Positions 17,898 through 26,722 of a DNA stretch of 47,813 bases are shown in pieces. The DNA comes from a virus. The notes beneath the pieces were generated by a model. The model made no database searches and was not told the DNA's origin. It saw only the letters and a list, made by a program, of their open reading frames with translations. The translations under genes were made by a program, and so were the position numbers. The stretch lies in the IMG/VR virus record IMGVR_UViG_3300031696_000011; one strand, 5' to 3'. Within the stretch, counting starts at the first letter, position 1. Every line of letters starts with the position of its first letter.

Positions 17898-19522
17898 GCT
17901 TTAACTCCTATCGGCACCGTTGGTTGCGTGGTCTCACCGCTTAGTGTTGCGCTTGCAAGTGACCCTTGAAAGTCCCATTCAATAAACACACCAACTCGTT
18001 TCCCTGCCAGAATGTCCGGTGTTGGTATAACCACACTGACTAAACTTTTCGCATCGCTGCCCGGAAATGGTTTGGTATCAGTAGATACGAATGTCGATGC
18101 CTCAATCGCACGACTTCGTGTCGCAGCTTTCTTTCCATCTACCTGATACGTAGCATAAACCATACCACCGGTTCGAACGTTGTCAAAAGTCAGCGTGATC
18201 TTTTTCGGAACTTGCTGTTGGTCAGGGTGTGCAGCGGTAAAATCACCCAGATAAATCTGTGCACGTTCAACACCATCACCTGCGTCGAACTCATACAGGC
18301 TGTTGTCTTCTGTGATAAATAGCAACCTACGCTTACCTGCCACTTTAATCTCCGAGAACATCTTGATCTGGTCGACACCTTCTAGCGTATCGACTGACAC
18401 AAACCCGTTTGTCTGCTCGTCAAATATCACAACCACAGGCCCGTGAATGCTGTTCATCGCGAACATTCCGTAGTTGTCATGTTTGATCGTGGCGGTAACA
18501 TTCTGGTCGATCTTGCGAAACAACTCATTCACTGATCTTGAAAACGATGCGTTCTGTCCTTCGTTCTTTGTGCTTCTAATCGCATTAAAGCTACGCACAC
18601 CCAACTCGTCGATGAAAGCATTGTCACCTAGCAGCTCCACAAATGAGAACTGATTAAATGCGCCTGTCGAAAACAAGAATGTGTTATTGAATCGTGGCTC
18701 GCCGAAGATTCGCAACTCAGGATTCGGTGTCACAAAATGTGATATGCGTCCCGATGAAACAAAAATCGAATTGTCTTGCAGCCCAACAGAAGCGAGGCAT
18801 GTGATCTTTTCAAAATCAACCGCATGCGAAACTTGCGCCGCACCACCTTCTGCTTCGTTGTCCAGTCTGTTACCATCCGGCTTGATGATAACCATAAAAT
18901 CCAGCGGACGTCCTGTCAACGATCGCAACAGCTTGTTCCCTTCTGCATCGACAATATACAACACACTCCCGCTGTGCACCATACGTGAACCAATAGGCAC
19001 ATACTCACGCTTGTCTGGTGTCCACGACGTATAGCCTTGCGCCAATCGTGCATTCCCTTGCGAGTCAATAATCCACGGCTGGTTGATTCCATCTTGCACG
19101 ACCACAGATTGCGGCGTGCCTGTAATTCCAGACACTAATGTAATCGCATCGCTTGGGTTCGTGCCTGCTTCACGCCCGTGATTCATCGACGACGCAGGCA
19201 CAAGTGCGGCGTAGATATATTCCACATCCGGATCAAGAGCCAAGTTTTTAATCTGGTAGTAGTTAGATCCTTCAATAGCGAAGTTTTTAATCCACGCCTT
19301 GCCGTCGATAAACACCAAACTAAAAACAGACGCTGCGTAGTTCCCTTGGTAGTTACCTTCAGGCAAACCTAACGTCAGCTTCTTGGGCTTGTTGATCGGC
19401 TCAACCAGACCATCTCGCACACGCACATTGAATGCGATAGGATAGAATCCCGGCCGCTTGCCCACTTTACGTGGATGCACACCGAAGTCCAGTCCTGTGA
19501 AATCTTCAATAACGTGTTCCAT
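17894..19522 (-). CDS. Virion structural protein, putative tail tube/nozzle, 542 aa
   Basis: Called on position (after fibre genes, before internal proteins) and size. No motif recognised. Confidence 0.5.
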   Translation of the reverse strand: MEHVIEDFTGLDFGVHPRKVGKRPGFYPIAFNVRVRDGLVEPINKPKKLTLGLPEGNYQGNYAASVFSLVFIDGKAWIKNFAIEGSNYYQIKNLALDPDVEYIYAALVPASSMNHGREAGTNPSDAITLVSGITGTPQSVVVQDGINQPWIIDSQGNARLAQGYTSWTPDKREYVPIGSRMVHSGSVLYIVDAEGNKLLRSLTGRPLDFMVIIKPDGNRLDNEAEGGAAQVSHAVDFEKITCLASVGLQDNSIFVSSGRISHFVTPNPELRIFGEPRFNNTFLFSTGAFNQFSFVELLGDNAFIDELGVRSFNAIRSTKNEGQNASFSRSVNELFRKIDQNVTATIKHDNYGMFAMNSIHGPVVVIFDEQTNGFVSVDTLEGVDQIKMFSEIKVAGKRRLLFITEDNSLYEFDAGDGVERAQIYLGDFTAAHPDQQQVPKKITLTFDNVRTGGMVYATYQVDGKKAATRSRAIEASTFVSTDTKPFPGSDAKSLVSVVIPTPDILAGKRVGVFIEWDFQGSLASATLSGETTQPTVPIGVKA

Positions 19523-19524
19523 TA

Positions 19525-20472
19525 TTAATACCGGCCATTAAGCCACCTACCGTCCATCATTTCTGACACCGGATTTGCTGCGAAGTTCATTCCTTGCTTG
19601 TCATTCTTCCGCGCTTGTGCGTTCAAATCGTCTGCAAGATCTTTACCCATACCATTCAATATCAATGCTGCTTGCGAACCAGAACTATCTTGTCCTTTTG
19701 CTCGCGCAACTGCAAGCTGAATGATCGCCTCGTCGTATAGGTCACCGGCAGGAAATATATCCTCGTCGTTAACGAATGGCAACCACCGCATTTTGTATGA
19801 ATACTCATACACCTCGTTCTCTGTCAAGCCTTGTCGCCCGTCAGACACTTGCACTAGCAGAAAGTCTGTCCTAAGCAATGCATTGTGCAACGACGAAACC
19901 TCCGTGCCTTCAACGTCAGACACTTTGATGTCCACCGCAGTGATCTTATCTTTCGACAAGTTATCCACACGCACCCATGACTTCGACGAACTCACACTAG
20001 TCACACCTGCAGCTAGCACAACCAACTCCCGCGACTTGCTTGCATCGGGTGTCTCACCGATAATCGCCATCGTCACATCTTCACTCAACGCTTCTTCCAC
20101 GCTGAATGTGAGCACACCTTTGTTCGTGGTATGCGTGTGAAATACAGACTTGCCCTTCACACGCCACCGATATCCGCCCACATCAATCCGCTGTTCGACA
20201 TACCGTGGTCCGGTATATTCGTGCGGAATCTGCGTCAACGAATCACGATGCAGGATGTTCCACAACTCGCCCACTTCTGCAGGTAGTGTGATCTGGTCCT
20301 GTTGTGACGGCAACACAAGCATGGCTTCACGATGAGACCATTTCAAGTCACGTGTGTCATACAGTGTCTTTGCTGCAGCGTTAACTTGCCGCAACAAAAA
20401 CGACCTGTCTCGTGCATCGTCTAGGGAATATCCCATCGACTCCGCCATCTCAGTGAGTATATATTTAAGCAT
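19525..20472 (-). CDS. Virion structural protein, putative tail adaptor/tubular protein, ~315 aa
   Basis: Positional call. The ATG at 20472 gives an 8-nt overlap with the upstream gene; the ATG at 20493 gives 29 nt. Confidence 0.45.
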   Translation of the reverse strand: MLKYILTEMAESMGYSLDDARDRSFLLRQVNAAAKTLYDTRDLKWSHREAMLVLPSQQDQITLPAEVGELWNILHRDSLTQIPHEYTGPRYVEQRIDVGGYRWRVKGKSVFHTHTTNKGVLTFSVEEALSEDVTMAIIGETPDASKSRELVVLAAGVTSVSSSKSWVRVDNLSKDKITAVDIKVSDVEGTEVSSLHNALLRTDFLLVQVSDGRQGLTENEVYEYSYKMRWLPFVNDEDIFPAGDLYDEAIIQLAVARAKGQDSSGSQAALILNGMGKDLADDLNAQARKNDKQGMNFAANPVSEMMDGRWLNGRY

Positions 20473-21613
20473 TGTGTCTAACGAATGCCTCAATTACGAG
20501 GTCGAAATCTACACTCAGGGCAGTTGTGCTTCCGCTATATGCGGTGCTTCGTGTGCCGTCTGCCTTAAGTATATGCCAGTTACCAAACGAGTTATCAAAA
20601 ATTGTAACGTCCACGTTGGTCGCACTCATCATCAAACTATGACCACCGAACCTGTCGTCACTTTCACCTGCAAGATTGTTCAAGGGTATTCTGTCACCAA
20701 ATGTATAATCGTGCGTGCCAAAATTAGCCTTGACTTGTAGGTATGCGAATGCAAAATCAGGCATCACAGCAACGCCCACTGCATTCGTTAACCCGTGCAA
20801 AAATGGTGTGGTTTTGTGTGTAGCAACACTTCCCGTATTCGCTGCTGTCGGATCATACCAATCAGTAATCAAACCTGTGGAATACTTCTTCAACGGTGCA
20901 ACCCACTCGACCTCGTTCACTCCAACTTTCTTCACTGCGAACATCCTGTCTGTCACAGCAATCACGTTCAGCTTGTTCGGGTCGATTGTGTTATCCGCGA
21001 TCTTCGCATTAGTCACGGCCAGATCTTTGATCTTGTCTTCCTCAACAGCGTCAATCAGAATCTTACTCGCGTCCACACTATTAATAGCTAACGTCTCCAA
21101 CGTGACCTGCAACAAACCAATCTTCGGCGTGGTGACTGCCAAGTCTGCAATCTTATCTGTGGTAACGTTCAAGATCTTAATGTGTGCTGACACCACAGCG
21201 TTCGTTGCTATCTTATTCTCACTCACCGAACCATCACCTAGCTTCGAGTTCACCACAGACATGTCATCAAGCTTCGTCTCGTCAACTGCAAGCGCCGCAA
21301 TCTTAGATCGTGTAACCGCACCATTGGCAATCAACGCCTCAACAATCGTGCCTGCACCCACTGCTCCCGGTGCCCATGTTGCGAGAACTGGGCTGTAAAC
21401 CTTTGCAACATATGGCTCAGCGCTTGTGTCAATCCACACATATCGCTTGAACTTGGCATCCGCCCCTGTCACGCTTGGCTCAGTTGTCTGAACGATAACC
21501 AGTCCCCTATCTGCAGCAGGTTCAAGACCTTCTTGCATCGTGTTAAGGTCAGCTTTGGATGCTCCACGTCGGGTGTCGTAGTCGATTGCTTTGGTAAAAT
21601 CTAAAGATGGCAT
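20465..21613 (-). CDS. Tail fibre protein with periodic ~11-aa K(I/L)-x-x-x-A(V/I) repeats
   Basis: Residues ~95-215 are SKIAALAVDETKLDDMSVVNSKLGDGSVSENKIATNAVVSAHIKILNVTTDKIADLAVTTPKIG...KIKDLAVTNAKIADNTIDPNKL, typical of fibre shaft repeats. Confidence 0.65.
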   Translation of the reverse strand: MPSLDFTKAIDYDTRRGASKADLNTMQEGLEPAADRGLVIVQTTEPSVTGADAKFKRYVWIDTSAEPYVAKVYSPVLATWAPGAVGAGTIVEALIANGAVTRSKIAALAVDETKLDDMSVVNSKLGDGSVSENKIATNAVVSAHIKILNVTTDKIADLAVTTPKIGLLQVTLETLAINSVDASKILIDAVEEDKIKDLAVTNAKIADNTIDPNKLNVIAVTDRMFAVKKVGVNEVEWVAPLKKYSTGLITDWYDPTAANTGSVATHKTTPFLHGLTNAVGVAVMPDFAFAYLQVKANFGTHDYTFGDRIPLNNLAGESDDRFGGHSLMMSATNVDVTIFDNSFGNWHILKADGTRSTAYSGSTTALSVDFDLVIEAFVRHNA

Positions 21614-21625
21614 AGTCTATATTGG

Positions 21626-22972
21626 TTATTGGTTAGGAATAACGTTGTTTACTCCGTAAAGTTTTGGATCAAAATGTGCGCCGTTGCTTTGAAGGGGCGG
21701 TTCTTCGTCATAGAGTGCGCCAAGACCTAGCACCCATGTGGAATACTTGCCTCGAAGAAACTTCCACAACCTCTCAGCTTCGTCATCAGTGAAAGTCTCG
21801 AGTGATGTAGCTAAAAACTTAACATTGTTCGTCCCTTCCCAGCCTGCAACACTGCCATTGCCATTATAATAACCTACAATGTTCTGAGAGAACGCAACCT
21901 TATCAGCAAGATCACGGATCTCAAGCCTAAAAGTAGTCTCATCCCAATCTCCATATCCACTATCAGGACCGAGATCTACAATATGAAAGCGGGCAATGAA
22001 CCATGTATCGTCATCAAGCCCTGCAACAACCTTCGCAGGATCTCCAAGATATTGAATGCCGCCGTTCCAGTACAAGCTAGCACCAGAGTAACCGATCTGT
22101 GCGACACTAGTGGATGCAAGAGTGATCCCAGATTTAACGCCTGTCACTGTCTGGAACATGAACCACATCTCTGTTTGGTTCTTAAGTCCTCCCGGATGCT
22201 CAACCGAATTCAGATGCATGCGCTGAGCTGAGCCATCACTATTCAAAACAGTTCCTGGAGTTGCATTAGTCTCAACTATGCCAATACCAATCGCAGGTGC
22301 TTGACCTGTGACGAGGTTTTTCAAATCAAGAATACCCACTTCGTCACGTAAGTAATAGTCAGCAGCAGGCAATTCGAGCTGTGCCCTCCATACATGGATA
22401 AATCTCGGCTCAAAAATTTCCATCTCAGCATCCGGCATGTAGGGTTGTGCGAGCACATCGTCACCTGTCACCGCTACCTCGTTCGCAATAGCCACATCGC
22501 TAATCGTATAGTTCTGCGCGGGTGTTATATTGATCGAAGTCTCGATAACAACAGGCTCGATACTTCTGTAAAACGTAGTAGGATTGGTGATATACACATC
22601 AAATATACACTCCTTATGAATCACTTGCCCATCGTATAGCTTGTAACTCCACTTCGTCACGTCGTCAGCGTAAAGCATATACGCATGATTCGTGTTCACC
22701 GACAGTCCATCAACCCACTCAGTCGTGATCCACCGCACAACGATATTGAAGAACTGATCCCCAAGCCGCTTGGGCAGCTTGACAATATTGAACTTCTTTC
22801 CTGCATCTAGCGTGTAGGTAGCGACATGTTTGTGCTGCCCACCCTCAAACAACGTTCCACTCAACAGCGTGAGGCTTGCTGTTGGGACACTAATTAAACT
22901 CTTACGCAACCCTGCCTCCGACACAGGTGTCGCAGTTTTCCAATCAGTGTTATTGAAGTTGTCTGTTGACAT
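21626..22972 (-). CDS. Putative receptor-binding/fibre protein with a C-terminal concanavalin/LamG-like region, 448 aa
   Basis: Position next to the fibre gene. The C-terminal WFIARFHIVD...FTDDEAERLWKFL resembles the ends of LamG-type jelly rolls. Confidence 0.45.
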   Translation of the reverse strand: MSTDNFNNTDWKTATPVSEAGLRKSLISVPTASLTLLSGTLFEGGQHKHVATYTLDAGKKFNIVKLPKRLGDQFFNIVVRWITTEWVDGLSVNTNHAYMLYADDVTKWSYKLYDGQVIHKECIFDVYITNPTTFYRSIEPVVIETSINITPAQNYTISDVAIANEVAVTGDDVLAQPYMPDAEMEIFEPRFIHVWRAQLELPAADYYLRDEVGILDLKNLVTGQAPAIGIGIVETNATPGTVLNSDGSAQRMHLNSVEHPGGLKNQTEMWFMFQTVTGVKSGITLASTSVAQIGYSGASLYWNGGIQYLGDPAKVVAGLDDDTWFIARFHIVDLGPDSGYGDWDETTFRLEIRDLADKVAFSQNIVGYYNGNGSVAGWEGTNNVKFLATSLETFTDDEAERLWKFLRGKYSTWVLGLGALYDEEPPLQSNGAHFDPKLYGVNNVIPNQ

Positions 22973-22976
22973 TATT

Positions 22977-23378
22977 TTATTTCAGCGGGCTTTTAAGTTT
23001 GGCCGCTTCTGTAATCACGTTACTCAGTCGCTCTTCCGTGGCAACACCCTTGGCTTTCACACCCGAGTCGTTCTTGTATGTTCCCTTTCGGTTACCAACA
23101 AGCTCGTCAGCTTTGCTCTTTGCAATAATGCTCAAGCCTTTTGCCCGCGACAAGTCAGCAACATCCACGCTATACGCGTTCGTAGTGTAGTATGTGATCT
23201 TATATAGTTCACCATTCGTATAGTGAACCTCAAGAGCTGACACATTGTTTGTTCCGTCTTTGGGGAACTTAGCATGGAAACCAGACTCCTGACCATACCA
23301 TAGTCCACCGCAACCCGTTAGCATCGCAGCAGCAACCGCCACCGCAGCTATGATTAGTTTTTTATTTATCTTTTTCAC
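22977..23378 (-). CDS. Lipoprotein, 133 aa (lipobox LTGC)
   Basis: N-terminus MKKINKKLIIAAVAVAAAMLTGCGG is a signal peptide II with a lipobox. GTG start. Confidence 0.7.
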   Translation of the reverse strand: MKKINKKLIIAAVAVAAAMLTGCGGLWYGQESGFHAKFPKDGTNNVSALEVHYTNGELYKITYYTTNAYSVDVADLSRAKGLSIIAKSKADELVGNRKGTYKNDSGVKAKGVATEERLSNVITEAAKLKSPLK

Positions 23379-23389
23379 AATGTCCTTGT

Positions 23390-23405
23390 AGCAATTCGCA
23401 TGCCA
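23390..23405 (-). promoter_or_regulatory. Sigma-54 type -24/-12 promoter candidate (TGGCATGCGAATTGCT)
   Basis: The minus strand reads TGGCATG-CGAA-TTGCT with canonical GG/GC spacing. It fills the 30-nt gap between the stop at 23409 and the GTG at 23378. Confidence 0.6.
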
Positions 23406-23408
23406 CTA

Positions 23409-23753
23409 TTATCTGCTGCCTGCAATTTTCAGCTCTAGCTTGTGCATCGCATTGGTGTGAACCTCGTTGTGGTCATAAAACGTCTCCACATGCTTGTCCA
23501 TTCTCCCAACGAAATCCCTTTGCTCCTTACCCATCGCAACCACAGCAGCACAAACACGATCAACTGCGCTAGTGACTTCAGTTTTATCTGCTTTTTTATC
23601 CACAATGCTCTCCAGTCTCTTGATCTCTCTGAAGATCTTTTTGTCTCTGCGATCCAAGATCATGTTGATGAACTTGTATGCAGTGAATACTCCGCCGAGG
23701 ACAGTGAAGAATCCTATCAACACCATCCATAATATCTGATCTTGTTCTGGCAT
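23409..23753 (-). CDS. N-terminally anchored membrane protein, 114 aa (i-spanin- or holin-like)
   Basis: Single TM segment ILWMVLIGFFTVLGGVFTAYKFI, then a charged helical region. Immediately upstream of the lipoprotein gene. Confidence 0.55.
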   Translation of the reverse strand: MPEQDQILWMVLIGFFTVLGGVFTAYKFINMILDRRDKKIFREIKRLESIVDKKADKTEVTSAVDRVCAAVVAMGKEQRDFVGRMDKHVETFYDHNEVHTNAMHKLELKIAGSR

Positions 23754-23796
23754 TACTCATGACTTCCGTATTTGTATTTAGTCGCTGCGGCTTTCA

Positions 23797-24207
23797 TTAA
23801 CTACCGGGCTGCTGCGGGTTTTCATCGACTTCCGACCATGCCTGATCTCGATCGGTGAGCGGGCCGAAATTGATTGATCGTTGCATTAGCACCCCCGCCT
23901 CGCGGACCTGAACTACCAGCACGAACCCATTTCCGTCTGGTCCGTTGTATGTGTCAACGCGCCCCCGAGCAGTCATTAACGTGGCCGAAATATCAGCCAG
24001 ATCAACCCAGCCCGCAGCCTGATCGGATGGTTTGTCGGCAAGAGTGTCAGGCAGGACTTTGGCGCCGTCTTCAGGAGCCGCGGCATGACTCCAAAGGGTT
24101 TGTGCGTAGGTTCCATTTTGTGCAAGGTGGTTAGCTTGAGTCGCTGTGAGCAATGCCCTCCACTTCGACTCGATCTCTGCGTCTATGCTTTCAGTTAATG
24201 TGCTCAT
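23797..24207 (-). CDS. Hypothetical protein, ~136 aa
   Basis: The ATG at 24207 forms an ATGA overlap with the stop of the LamG gene. The longer ORF (to 24282) would overlap by 79 nt. Confidence 0.5.
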   Translation of the reverse strand: MSTLTESIDAEIESKWRALLTATQANHLAQNGTYAQTLWSHAAAPEDGAKVLPDTLADKPSDQAAGWVDLADISATLMTARGRVDTYNGPDGNGFVLVVQVREAGVLMQRSINFGPLTDRDQAWSEVDENPQQPGS

Positions 24208-24947
24208 AATTGCGAATATTTTAGCCCGGCTCCCGAGTTGTGCAAGGTAGTAATCTCCGAAGAAGTTAGAACCCTGTTCCAAAAGCTTACAGGGCCTGCG
24301 GCGCCATCCATGAGTGAGATGGGAGATGAATTGCTATAATATGCCCCGATCCCGAACAGACCTGTCGAAGTTTTAAGAGACTTTGTCACCGCGAGTACGG
24401 CAGGAGTTCCGTTGTTGATGATTAACTGAAGCTCATTTTGGTCGTCAACTGTCACCACGATGTGATACCAGTTCCCAACGACCATCGGAGTCACAGCAGA
24501 AGCCGGTTGTGATACCGTTCCGTCTGGATGGTAGACTGCCCAATAAAGCTTCGCGGTTGGTGCGTAGTAATATAGCAGGTAGGACTGCTGAGTTCCCACC
24601 GAATCGTGCTTACTCAGAAAAGGTATAACCCCACCTGTCAATATATCTGGTTTCACCCACATGGAGAACGTCAGGGACAAAGGCTGCAACAACGAGTTGG
24701 ATGCGTGGGATAGATATTCGCTTTGAGCCGCTACAAAGTCAGCAGCATTCGCGTAAGTGTTTCCCGTAACTTGCCCTACGGTATTGTTGTCAGTCAGATC
24801 CAGCGAGTTGGTATGCGAATCCGCCCTCGTCCCACTGGCCTCATCCAATGCCCAATACGCAACCAAGCCAGTAAAGAGCGAGCTTGGTGCTGGTCCTGCT
24901 GCCGAACGACTCGACGCAATCACTCCATGTCTTACGAGATTGTTCAT
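24204..24947 (-). CDS. LamG (Laminin_G_3/concanavalin-like) domain protein, ~247 aa
   Basis: LVAYWALDEASGTRADSHTNSLDLTDNN...FSMWVKPD...WYHIVVTVDD...VSFWNRVLTSSEITTLHNSG is the classic LamG_3 pattern. ATGA-coupled start at 24947. Confidence 0.8.
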   Translation of the reverse strand: MNNLVRHGVIASSRSAAGPAPSSLFTGLVAYWALDEASGTRADSHTNSLDLTDNNTVGQVTGNTYANAADFVAAQSEYLSHASNSLLQPLSLTFSMWVKPDILTGGVIPFLSKHDSVGTQQSYLLYYYAPTAKLYWAVYHPDGTVSQPASAVTPMVVGNWYHIVVTVDDQNELQLIINNGTPAVLAVTKSLKTSTGLFGIGAYYSNSSPISLMDGAAGPVSFWNRVLTSSEITTLHNSGAGLKYSQL

Positions 24948-26050
24948 GCTTTGAGTGATCCGATCAGATACCAAGTATCGGTTGCTTCTTTGACTAGAGT
25001 CGCAGCAGCGAACTGTGCGTTCAGTTTCCGCTCGCTCGCTTCAGAGTTGATCGTAACGCCCACACCTGCTGCGAAGCTGGTTTCGCCCACGCCCTTCCAT
25101 ATCCCTGTGATCTGTGTACCAACAGGAAACGCGACGGATGAGTTTGGCGGGACTGTAATCACGTTCGCGCCTGCGTTGGACATCGTGACGACATTGTCAG
25201 TCAGGACGAGGGTGTAAGCTGCCAGTGTCTGCGCGTTGATCGTGGCGATGATCGTTTTGTTCGTCAGCGTTTCCGCGCTGCTCGCAGTGATAAGTGTGGC
25301 AGGATCAACCGATGAAGGCGTCAAATTATTCGACGCATCCCAGTAGAGCAATCGGTCCTGCGTCGGAGATCCATTGTGAGTGAAGCCGTTAGCGGATGCT
25401 CCGTGGGTCTGCGCGTCGATAGGAGCCTCGAAACTCACAATGCCGCCCATCGTGTCTCCGATGGCGAATCCGTTGGTGTCCAGTGTTGCTGTCAACTGAG
25501 GTGCAGCGTCTTGAGCAAGCGCGTTTAGATACCCAGCATTTGCATGGTTGTTCCAGTTGAAAGCTGTATTCCAGTCCGCCGCCGCGTTCGCGGGACCACC
25601 AACCAGATCGCCGTCGACGTTCCAAACCGCCAAGTTGCCGTTACCTCCCTCCGTTCCAGTGACGAGCTTGAGATCCAAACCAGTCTTCAAGAGTGCCGCT
25701 TCAGTATTGTCAACTTTCTCCCACGCTGTGCCGTTATAGATTACCCAATCGTTGACTTTCCAATCAACAATCCCATCTAGGTTTGTCGCACCGTCAACAG
25801 AGACTTTGTAGTAGAAGCCTTTTGTCCCTGCTCCTGTTGCAAGTGCCGGAACATTCGTGCTCGCATTCCACACGCCTTGATAAATCACAGCACCGATCAA
25901 ACCACCCACAAGATTCGCCCGGGTGACATACTTCGTCGTGCCACCAAGACCATGCGAGAGGTCATCGATGTCTTTAATAACAAGCACATCACCTGCTGCG
26001 GGTGTTACCGCAAGTTCTGTGAATCCTCCAAACTTTTTTCCTGTAGCCAT
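24944..26050 (-). CDS. Fibre/appendage-like structural protein, 368 aa
   Basis: Gly/Thr/Asn/Ala-rich beta-type composition. Lies between the capsid-proximal gene and the LamG protein. Confidence 0.5.
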   Translation of the reverse strand: MATGKKFGGFTELAVTPAAGDVLVIKDIDDLSHGLGGTTKYVTRANLVGGLIGAVIYQGVWNASTNVPALATGAGTKGFYYKVSVDGATNLDGIVDWKVNDWVIYNGTAWEKVDNTEAALLKTGLDLKLVTGTEGGNGNLAVWNVDGDLVGGPANAAADWNTAFNWNNHANAGYLNALAQDAAPQLTATLDTNGFAIGDTMGGIVSFEAPIDAQTHGASANGFTHNGSPTQDRLLYWDASNNLTPSSVDPATLITASSAETLTNKTIIATINAQTLAAYTLVLTDNVVTMSNAGANVITVPPNSSVAFPVGTQITGIWKGVGETSFAAGVGVTINSEASERKLNAQFAAATLVKEATDTWYLIGSLKA

Positions 26051-26233
26051 ATATTTATTCCTCCGAGAGAATTACTGAATCGTCTTCTGCTAGAAACCAG
26101 TTAAGCGCTTCCTCAGATATGATCGCGGTTGTGTGCCCAGCCGGTGGCGCAGTCGTAGTCGCAACCTCGCCATGCCCGGGAAACCTGAACGACGCGCTCA
26201 AAGGAGCATTAAAAATTGGTGCAGATTTTACCA

Positions 26234-26635
26234 TTACGCAGCCCGAAATCCTTGTGCACGTAAGACTGCGCCGCCAACAGCGTCGTCAATCCACAATGCG
26301 TCGATAAATTCTTGTTTAGTCAGCCACACATTTGAGCCTTTCGCAAGTGCGAGTCCCAAACCTCCTGCAACTGGTGTCTGTCCATCAAGCGTATACTTGA
26401 CAGCGCTTGTCGACTCCGAAGCAACCTCGACTAAAAACATCGTAGCCGCATGTTCAATCGTTGGTGTTGCACCACCGAGATACGCCGCAATCGCAGTCGC
26501 TGCAAGCGTGGTTGAAATCATTGGTCCCACTGTGGAAACCTGCCCCGCGTTCATGCGGTGCGCGTCAGTTGTGTCCACTCCCGAAGCAAGTGTGACACGA
26601 CGTGGAACGTAAAGATGAGCTGTTTCTGCTGGCAT
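26234..26635 (-). CDS. Hypothetical structural protein, 133 aa (possible capsid accessory)
   Basis: First ORF after the capsid gene and its hairpin. No motif recognised. Confidence 0.5.
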   Translation of the reverse strand: MPAETAHLYVPRRVTLASGVDTTDAHRMNAGQVSTVGPMISTTLAATAIAAYLGGATPTIEHAATMFLVEVASESTSAVKYTLDGQTPVAGGLGLALAKGSNVWLTKQEFIDALWIDDAVGGAVLRAQGFRAA

Positions 26636-26659
26636 AATAAAATTTTAATTGAAATTGGT

Positions 26660-26696
26660 AGAAAATGTGGTGGGTTTGATGTTATCTCACCCACCA
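26660..26696 (-). terminator. Hairpin/weak intrinsic terminator after the capsid gene
   Basis: 9-bp stem acccaccac / gtggtgggt (26666-26674 and 26688-26696), followed on the minus strand by attttct. Confidence 0.45.
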
Positions 26697-26722
26697 CAAT
26701 GATGTCACTCTTGCCCTGTGAC

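Noticed and set aside
20715-21398. 227-aa plus-strand ORF opposite the tail fibre gene
   Set aside because: It is the shadow of the repeat-rich fibre gene, and its own sequence is low-complexity (S/T/A/F).
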